Assembly: GCA_028284065.1 (NCBI GenBank)
Contig: JANQSJ010000018.1
Location: 10,367-74,366 of the forward strand
Reading direction: 5' to 3'
From: Parvularculaceae bacterium
GTDB taxonomy: Bacteria > Pseudomonadota > Alphaproteobacteria > Caulobacterales > Parvularculaceae
Length of the DNA: 64,000 nt
The first letter of the stretch is position 1. Each line of letters opens with the position of its first letter. Shown one piece after another: positions 57,965-64,000 of the stretch. Made by a program: the position numbers and the translations under genes. The notes below the pieces were generated by a model. That model worked only from the letters and a program-made list of their open reading frames with translations, ran no database searches and was not told the origin of the DNA.

Positions 57965-59239
57965 TCAGGCCGCGCGCGCGCGCGCGCCGAACAGACGCCT
58001 CGTCTTGTCCATGACGAGCCCGCCCGCCTTGGCGCCGGCGTATCCCATGTCGGCGAGAAACGGACCGGGGTCTTTCGCAGACCAGATGTAATACCGGGTG
58101 CGCGGCGAGACATAACGCGCCGCATAAGCCGCTAGTTCGCGCCACGGATCGGGGCGCGGCGCCGCAGGGGCCCAGTAGCCGCCATCGGCGTTATTCGTCA
58201 TGACGCCAACCAGTCTGCGCGTTTCCGGAATCCAGAACCGCGCCGTCAGGTCGTCGCGAGTGGGAGTTGATTCAGGGGTTTTGCCGAGCCCGAGGACTGA
58301 ATACGCCCACCAGCCGAAATGCCGGCCGCAATGGTGCGCCAACGGCTGGCTGCCCCAGAACCGCGGATTGATCTCCAGCCAGACCGCCCGCCGCGTCTCA
58401 GGGTCCCAGCGGAACTCAACGCACGCCGGCCCCTCATAGCCGAGATGCGCCAGCATGCGCTCGACGCCGGCCCGCAACTCCTCATGCTCCGAATGCGGAA
58501 CGGCCTTGACGACGCAGTCGATGCCCTGTTCCGGCGGCCACATGGCGACCTCGACTTCCTGCTGCGTCAGGACGGCCTTGCCCCCGGCCATCAAGACGCT
58601 GATCCCGAGATAAATCCCTTTCGCGAACGTCTGGATCATCGGAAACTGCCCGATTGGTTCGTACTTTCGCAGCGTGGCGCCGAGCGCGTCGAATGACTCG
58701 ACATATTCCGACTTGATGAGCGGCAGGCCGGCGTCTTCGAGCGTCGGCCAGATCGCGCCCTTGTCGCGCCATTTCACGATTGCGGGGAGCCTGAAGCCTT
58801 CCGGCGGCGACTGGAGATCGGCGAGGGTCTCGATTTCCCAGGTCACCGGCAGCGGCAGGCCGGCGGCGCGGACCGCCTCCTGCGAGCGCACCTTGTCCAT
58901 CGCGGAAAGGAACGCCTCGCGCGACGGGCAGAGCGCCCGGGCGGGCAGTTGATCCCTTTCGCGCGCGGTTGACAGAAAGTCGACGAAATCCTCCGATGTC
59001 GGAAGGATGAACGCCGCGCCGGTCTCCTTTACGATGCGCCGCAGCTGTTCGAGGCGCGCATCGCCGCCCTCGGCGATCCGCTCCCAGCGCGCGGCGTAGC
59101 GGGAGAACCGGCCGACGCCGCGGTCATGGCGCTGCAGGACGGTGACGTCGACGCCGCGCATGCCAAGTTCGCGCACGATCGGCAGGCCGACGGAGGTGTC
59201 GCCGCCATAGACGATCGCGGGCGGCAGGTCCTGTGGCAT
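57965..59239 (-). CDS. ATP-grasp domain protein (carboxylate-amine ligase-like), function unknown
   Basis: Track ORF 57965..59401. The ATG at 59239 is preceded by GGAG and gives MPQDLPPAIVYGGDTSVGLPIVRELG. The product also contains LPAIVKWRD and ACVEFRWDPETRRAVWLEINPRFWG, the ATP-grasp E-x-N motif. Confidence 0.7.
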   Translation of the reverse strand: MPQDLPPAIVYGGDTSVGLPIVRELGMRGVDVTVLQRHDRGVGRFSRYAARWERIAEGGDARLEQLRRIVKETGAAFILPTSEDFVDFLSTARERDQLPARALCPSREAFLSAMDKVRSQEAVRAAGLPLPVTWEIETLADLQSPPEGFRLPAIVKWRDKGAIWPTLEDAGLPLIKSEYVESFDALGATLRKYEPIGQFPMIQTFAKGIYLGISVLMAGGKAVLTQQEVEVAMWPPEQGIDCVVKAVPHSEHEELRAGVERMLAHLGYEGPACVEFRWDPETRRAVWLEINPRFWGSQPLAHHCGRHFGWWAYSVLGLGKTPESTPTRDDLTARFWIPETRRLVGVMTNNADGGYWAPAAPRPDPWRELAAYAARYVSPRTRYYIWSAKDPGPFLADMGYAGAKAGGLVMDKTRRLFGARARAA

Positions 59240-59356
59240 GCGGAGGCTCCAGGTTTCAGGCGCGTTCGCGCCAACCGCGTTTGCTGTTTGAATCTTAAGG
59301 TTTTGTTTGCAAGGCTTTCCATGCGGCCGCGGCGCGTTTCGCTCGCGGACGATCGC

Positions 59357-62300
59357 ATGGAAGTTATCAATTTTCCGGGGAATTGCCAGGTGAAGATTCA
59401 CGCTTTGCGCGTCGTTGCGTCGATAGGCGCTGCTTTCATTTCTTGCGCGGCGTCGGGCGCCGCCATTGCGGCTGAGGAGGCGGCGCCGAACCCTCTGGCG
59501 TCGCTGCCGCTGCGCGCCATCGGCCCCGCCTATCCGAGCGGCAGGATTTCCGATTTCGCAGTCTATCCCGGCGGCGCCAACAGGTACCTGGTGGCGACGG
59601 CGTCCGGCGGGCTCTGGCGCACGGACGATAATGGGACGAGCTGGGCGCCGCTATTCGACGGCGAAGCGTCCTATGCGATCGGCGTTGTGGAGCTTGCGCC
59701 GTCCGATTCCAAAACCATCTGGGTAGGGACGGGCGAGAACAACGCCCAGCGTTCGGTCGCTTATGGCGACGGCGTCTACAAGTCCACTGACGGCGGCAAG
59801 ACCTGGAGCAATATGGGCCTGAAGGAGTCCGGCCATATCAGCCAGATCTGGGTTCATCCTGACAATGCAGATGTCGTCCTTGTGGCGGCGCAGGGGCCGC
59901 TCTGGAGCGATGGCGGCGATCGCGGCCTTTACAAGACGACGGACGGCGGCGCGACCTGGCGGCGTATCCTGTCCATTGACGAGCATACCGGCGTCAACGA
60001 ATTCGTCGTCCACGCTGAAAATCCGGACGTTATCGTCGCCTCGAGCTATCAGCGCCGGCGCCATGTCTGGACCCTGATCAATGGCGGCCCCGGCTCCGGC
60101 GTCCATCGCTCCGTCGACGGCGGCGAGACCTGGGAGGAGATTTCCGCCGGCCTGCCGTCCGACCATATGGGCCGCATCGGCATCGCCGCCGCGCCCTCCG
60201 CGCCATCAACCGTCTATGCGATTATCGAGGCGAATGATGAGGATAAGGGCGTCTACCGCTCGACGGATTTCGGCCAGAACTGGGAGAAGCGCTCCGGCCA
60301 CATGACGACGAGCCCGCAATACTACAATGAAATCGTCGTCGACCCGGATAACGCTAATCGCCTCTATTCGCTCGACACCTTTTCCAAGGTCTCCGAGGAC
60401 GGCGGTAAGACGTTTACGAACCTTTCCGCCGAACACCGCCATGTGGACGACCATGCGCTGTGGATCGACCCGGCGAACGTAAAGCACCTGCTAATGGGCG
60501 GCGACGGCGGGGTCTATGAAAGCTGGGATGGCGGGACGCGCTGGCGGCACATGGACAATCTGCCGATTGTGCAGTTCTACCGCATCCAGCCGGACAATGA
60601 CGCACCGTTCTACAATGTATGCGGCGGCACGCAGGACAATAACTCCTTATGCGGTCCATCGCGCACGGCGGTGACGCACGGGATCGTCAATTCGGACTGG
60701 AAGATTATTCTGGGCGGCGACGGCTATAAGCCGCAGATCGATCCCACCGACCCGAACATCATCTATACGCAGTATCAGTATGGCGGCCTCGCCCGCTATG
60801 ACCGACGCACCCAGGAGCGGCTCTATATCACGCCGCAGCCGCCGAACGGCGAGAACGACTATAAATGGAACTGGAACACGCCGCTCCTCATAAGCCCGCA
60901 CGATCCGAAGACGATCTATTACGCAGCAGAGAAGGTCTTTCGCTCAAAGGATCGCGGCGACAGCTGGGAGATCATCAGCCCCGACCTGACGCGGCAAATC
61001 GATCGTAACGCCCTTGAGGTGATGGGCCGCGTGTGGAGCGTCGACGCCATCGCCAAGAACGATTCGACGTCGATGTACGGCTCCATCATCGCCTTCTCGG
61101 AAAGCCCCGTTCGCAAGGGCCTTCTTTATGTGGGTACGGATGATGGCGTCATCAGCGTCTCAGAAGACAATGGCGGGTCCTGGCGGTCCGTCTCTCTGTT
61201 CCCCGGCGTTCCGGAAATGTCGCTTGTCGAGGATATCATCGCGTCCGTAAACGATGAGAACGTCGCATATGCGGTTTTCGACAATCACAAGCGGGGCGAC
61301 TACAAGCCTTACGTCTACAAGACCATGGACAAGGGCCAAACATGGGCGGCGATCACGGGCGATCTGCCCGAACGCGGATCGGCGCACACCATCGCCGAGG
61401 ACCATGTCAATCCGGACCTTCTCTTTGTAGGAACGGAATTTGGGCTCTTCGCCACCCAGGACGGCGGCGGCGCGTGGACGCGGATGAAATCCGGCCTGCC
61501 GACGATCGCCGTCAGGGACCTTGAGATTCAGCGTCGCGAGAACGATCTCGTCGTCGGCACGTTCGGCCGCGGCGCCTATGTCGTCGACGACTACACGCCC
61601 TTGCGCACGCCGGCCGCCGAAGTGGCCGAGGCCGAAGCGACCCTCTTCGCCGTGCGCGATCCGTGGCTTTACATTGAGGGCGACTATTGGGGGACCTGGG
61701 GCGGCGCCCAGGCGTCGAACGGCGACAATTTCTATTTCGAGGAGAACCCGCCCTATGGCGCTGTCTTCACCTATCATCTGAACGAGGGCCTCGAGACGAA
61801 GCGCGCAGCGCGGCGCAAGGCGGAGATCGAGATTGAGAAGGCGGGCGGCGATACGCCGTATCCGAGCTGGGACGATCTGAGGGCGGAAGACCGCGAGGAC
61901 GCGCCGGAGATCATCCTGACCGTTCGCGACGCAGGCGGCGCCGTCGTCCGACGCCTGAAGGGCGCGACGGGCAAGGGGCTTCACCGGACCGCCTGGGATT
62001 TCCGCCACGAAAAGCCTGACGCGGTCTCGCTCAACGAGGGCGGCTCCTATTTCGGCGGCGCGAGCGTCGGCCCGTTGGCGACGCCCGGCGTTTACACGGT
62101 GAGCCTTGCAAAGCGGGTCGACGGCGTTGAGACGACGCTTGGCGAGCCTCGATCCTTCACCGTGAAGCCGCTCAACCGGAGCCCCGAAGCCACCGACGAC
62201 CGCGGCGCGCTGCTCGCATTCCAGACCCGCACGAGCGATCTCATCCGAAAGGCGGACGGCGCGGCGGGTCGGCTTGAGGCGGTCGGGACCCGCATTGCGC

Positions 62301-62668
62301 ATCTGAAGGCGGCGGTCGACCGCACGCCCGCCGCAACAAGGCGTCATCGCGCGATGCTGAATGCGCTTGAGACGCGCCATGACGATCTTGTCGAGGCGAT
62401 GCAAGGGGACCGGACGATTGGAGGGCGGAATGAACCGACGCCGCCATCGATCCAAGGGCGGCTTGGCGCGGTGCGGTTCGGATCCTGGGGCTCCCAGGCG
62501 CCTGTCGCCGCTGTTCATGAGGCGGCGGTTGACGCTGCGGCCGTGGCTTTCGCGTCCGCGGCTAATGAGCTTAAGGGCCTTGAGGCGGATCTTTCAGAGT
62601 TTGAATCGTCGCTCGCAGCCATCGGCGCGCCCTGGACGCCGGGACAGGCCCCGCCCGCCGAGCAGTAA
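59357..62668 (+). CDS. secreted multi-Asp-box (BNR) beta-propeller protein, sortilin/VPS10-like
   Basis: Track ORF 59126..62668. The start is the ATG at 59357 or the GTG at 59390, and the signal peptide reads VKIHALRVVASIGAAFISCAASGAAIAAEE. It has at least 11 SxDxGxTW-type Asp-boxes, including TDDNGTSW, STDGGKTW, TTDGGATW, SVDGGETW, SEDNGGSW and TMDKGQTW. Confidence 0.8.
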   Translation: MEVINFPGNCQVKIHALRVVASIGAAFISCAASGAAIAAEEAAPNPLASLPLRAIGPAYPSGRISDFAVYPGGANRYLVATASGGLWRTDDNGTSWAPLFDGEASYAIGVVELAPSDSKTIWVGTGENNAQRSVAYGDGVYKSTDGGKTWSNMGLKESGHISQIWVHPDNADVVLVAAQGPLWSDGGDRGLYKTTDGGATWRRILSIDEHTGVNEFVVHAENPDVIVASSYQRRRHVWTLINGGPGSGVHRSVDGGETWEEISAGLPSDHMGRIGIAAAPSAPSTVYAIIEANDEDKGVYRSTDFGQNWEKRSGHMTTSPQYYNEIVVDPDNANRLYSLDTFSKVSEDGGKTFTNLSAEHRHVDDHALWIDPANVKHLLMGGDGGVYESWDGGTRWRHMDNLPIVQFYRIQPDNDAPFYNVCGGTQDNNSLCGPSRTAVTHGIVNSDWKIILGGDGYKPQIDPTDPNIIYTQYQYGGLARYDRRTQERLYITPQPPNGENDYKWNWNTPLLISPHDPKTIYYAAEKVFRSKDRGDSWEIISPDLTRQIDRNALEVMGRVWSVDAIAKNDSTSMYGSIIAFSESPVRKGLLYVGTDDGVISVSEDNGGSWRSVSLFPGVPEMSLVEDIIASVNDENVAYAVFDNHKRGDYKPYVYKTMDKGQTWAAITGDLPERGSAHTIAEDHVNPDLLFVGTEFGLFATQDGGGAWTRMKSGLPTIAVRDLEIQRRENDLVVGTFGRGAYVVDDYTPLRTPAAEVAEAEATLFAVRDPWLYIEGDYWGTWGGAQASNGDNFYFEENPPYGAVFTYHLNEGLETKRAARRKAEIEIEKAGGDTPYPSWDDLRAEDREDAPEIILTVRDAGGAVVRRLKGATGKGLHRTAWDFRHEKPDAVSLNEGGSYFGGASVGPLATPGVYTVSLAKRVDGVETTLGEPRSFTVKPLNRSPEATDDRGALLAFQTRTSDLIRKADGAAGRLEAVGTRIAHLKAAVDRTPAATRRHRAMLNALETRHDDLVEAMQGDRTIGGRNEPTPPSIQGRLGAVRFGSWGSQAPVAAVHEAAVDAAAVAFASAANELKGLEADLSEFESSLAAIGAPWTPGQAPPAEQ

Positions 62669-62743
62669 GCTCGCGGGGGCCCGCCCGCCTTGCGGGCGCG
62701 TCTTCAGAAGTTAACGAAATATTGGTCCTACGTTGAAAAGATG

Positions 62744-62777
62744 AGAGCGTCGCCGGTCGCCGGCGGCGCTCTTTTTC
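62744..62777 (+). terminator. intrinsic terminator after the BNR-protein gene
   Basis: The stem is AGAGCGTCGCCGG / CCGGCGGCGCTCT (13 bp with one G-U pair) with loop TCG, followed by TTTTT. It lies inside the spurious 5' extension of the cheD track ORF. Confidence 0.8.
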
Positions 62778-62827
62778 CGCCTTCTCGTCGTCGCCTGCGG
62801 GCGACGCCGCAGCTGAAGTGTCGAAAC

Positions 62828-63373
62828 ATGTCCGATCACGCCGTCACGCCCAACCGCGCCAGAAGCATCTACGTGCCGCAGGGCGATTTCGGCGTCACGG
62901 GCGAGGCGGACGCCTATTTCACGACCGTACTCGGATCATGCGTTTCCACCTGCCTGCGGGACCCGGCCGTCGGCGTCGGCGGCATCAATCACTTCATGCT
63001 GCCGGGCGGGGACGGCGACGGCGCCGACATCATGTTCGGCGTCAATTCAATGGAGCTCTTGATTAACGGGCTCCTTCGCATCGGCGCGGACCGCGGGCGG
63101 CTGGAGGCGAAAGTGTTCGGCGGCGCGGGGCTTCTGGGCATCTCCAAACAGATCGGGGAAGCGAACGCCGCCGTCGCCCGCGAGTTCTTGTCGAACGAGG
63201 GCATTCCGATCCGCAGCATCAGCGTCGGCGGCGGCGAGGCGCGCCGCATTCAGTATTGGCCCGCCACCGGCCGCGCGCGCCAGCAACTTATCGACGCGTC
63301 AAGGGCGCCGAAGGAGCTGCCGCCGCCACGCAAGCCCGCCAAGCCCGCCGCCGAAGACATGGAATTTTTCTAG
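62828..63373 (+). CDS. cheD: chemoreceptor glutamine deamidase CheD
   Basis: Track ORF 62690..63373. The ATG at 62828 gives MSDHAVTPNR.... The catalytic-site contexts are TTVLGSCVSTCL and GINHFMLPG. AKVFGGA is also present. Confidence 0.88.
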   Translation: MSDHAVTPNRARSIYVPQGDFGVTGEADAYFTTVLGSCVSTCLRDPAVGVGGINHFMLPGGDGDGADIMFGVNSMELLINGLLRIGADRGRLEAKVFGGAGLLGISKQIGEANAAVAREFLSNEGIPIRSISVGGGEARRIQYWPATGRARQQLIDASRAPKELPPPRKPAKPAAEDMEFF

Positions 63374-63540
63374 ATACGTTTCGAGGCGGCGCGACATTGA
63401 GCGCGGCATACTGAACGATTTTGCGCCGAAACCGGTCCTAGAGCCTTCCGCGTTCAGGTTGAATCACCCAGAGGGTTCTAAGCTATTGACTTCGCATCGG
63501 GCGACGTCAAACCGCTAGTCCACTTTGACCGCCCGACGCT

Positions 63541-63948
63541 TTAGAACAGATCGACGTCGCCAGGGTCGCCCGACGGCGGCTGGGGGGAGACGACCCGGTC
63601 GGCGCGCAGGCGGATGGCGAGCTCCTTCAGCGTCACGCGTTTGATCGTTTCCTCAAGGTTTTCGAATTGAATGTCCGCCGGCTCCAGCGCGTCCATGAAC
63701 GTCGAAAGATTGTCGAGCGTCTGGGCGACCAGATCGAACGCCTGAAGTTCACGGATCATCTCGCCTTCGTCCACAGGCTGACCGACGCATGCGCGGTCGA
63801 TGCAAAGCTGGAGCCTGTTGACGGCGTAAACGAGGCCGGCGAGCTCCGCGGCCACCTGCCGAAAAACGCTGACGGCGGAATCGTCCGCGATTTCGGCGTC
63901 AATTAAGCTGTCGTGCGCGTGCGCCATCCATTCTCGCCTATTGGTCAT
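63541..63948 (-). CDS. small helical protein of unknown function (possible CheZ-like phosphatase; see findings)
   Basis: 135 aa with an ATG at 63948 (alternative ATG at 63927). It is predicted to form two long helices, a Pro-rich linker and an acidic/aromatic C-terminus (...PPSGDPGDVDLF). It is convergent with cheD. Confidence 0.5.
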   Translation of the reverse strand: MTNRREWMAHAHDSLIDAEIADDSAVSVFRQVAAELAGLVYAVNRLQLCIDRACVGQPVDEGEMIRELQAFDLVAQTLDNLSTFMDALEPADIQFENLEETIKRVTLKELAIRLRADRVVSPQPPSGDPGDVDLF

Positions 63949-64000
63949 GCCCGCGCTGTACAGATTAGGCGCGGAGCGTCATCCGTATACGCCAAAGGCG

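Noticed and set aside
62690-62827. 5' extension of the cheD ORF
   Set aside because: It contains a strong intrinsic terminator hairpin with a T5 tract (62744..62777). The CheD-like sequence begins only at the ATG at 62828.
63430-63500. Segment CCTAGAGCCTTCCGCGTTCAGGTTGAATCACCCAGAGGGTTCTAAGCTATTGAC, which resembles a dispersed intergenic repeat I associate with Rhizobiales-type genomes
   Set aside because: There is only one copy in this window and I cannot verify the family from memory. It may simply be the convergent terminator region between cheD and its neighbour. A genome-wide BLASTN self-search would settle it.

Overview
The window is high-GC and gene-dense: about 54 protein-coding genes, mostly core metabolism and cell envelope. 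Gene content points to an alphaproteobacterial chromosome (ALA-synthase-type hemA, bfd-bfr, DUF2093, DUF4170, MipA, the DUF374-waaA-lpxK-lpxL cluster divergent from msbA); that assignment is inference.

Recognisable blocks, left to right:
- GDP-mannose and dTDP-rhamnose genes (manC fragment, AGE-family isomerase, rmlD), then hemA.
- A kinase-like gene and a hydrolase gene, then purD.
- A Glu/Pro-repeat membrane protein, then xseA and an M23 lipoprotein.
- bfd and bfr.
- The Kdo2-lipid A cluster plus msbA.
- pmbA and small housekeeping genes, then ubiD, mipA and a DoxX gene.
- A leuA-leuC-leuD-leuB operon with a Leu-rich leader ORF and an intrinsic terminator (attenuator).
- A large MscK-like channel.
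- An acetate-switch locus: DcaP-like porin, acs, LuxR-type response regulator, a hybrid histidine kinase with an SSS-transporter domain, and a two-subunit Na+/solute symporter.
- A pair of envelope proteins of unknown function.
- An NRAMP-pxpABC operon.
- A deacetylase-like gene, an ATP-grasp gene and a secreted multi-Asp-box protein.
- A monocistronic cheD facing a small CheZ-like protein.

I found no rRNA, tRNA, CRISPR array, IS element or prophage. I cannot demonstrate a complete novel multi-gene system. The best leads are:
- a compositionally foreign orphan membrane-protein gene sitting just downstream of the kinase gene in the acetate locus;
- the CheZ-like mini-protein beside the orphan cheD;
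- shared GAATGG(A/T)C repeat motifs in the two acetate-locus promoter regions;
- an uncharacterised pair made of a Sel1/peptidoglycan-binding protein and a lipoprotein;
- tandem 15-bp repeats with a hairpin covering the ribosome-binding site ahead of the deacetylase-like gene.

Many long ORFs in the track are Arg/Ala/Pro-rich antisense artefacts typical of high-GC DNA, and I rejected them. The first codon of a track ORF is often GTG or TTG, so several starts were re-placed by hand and remain uncertain.
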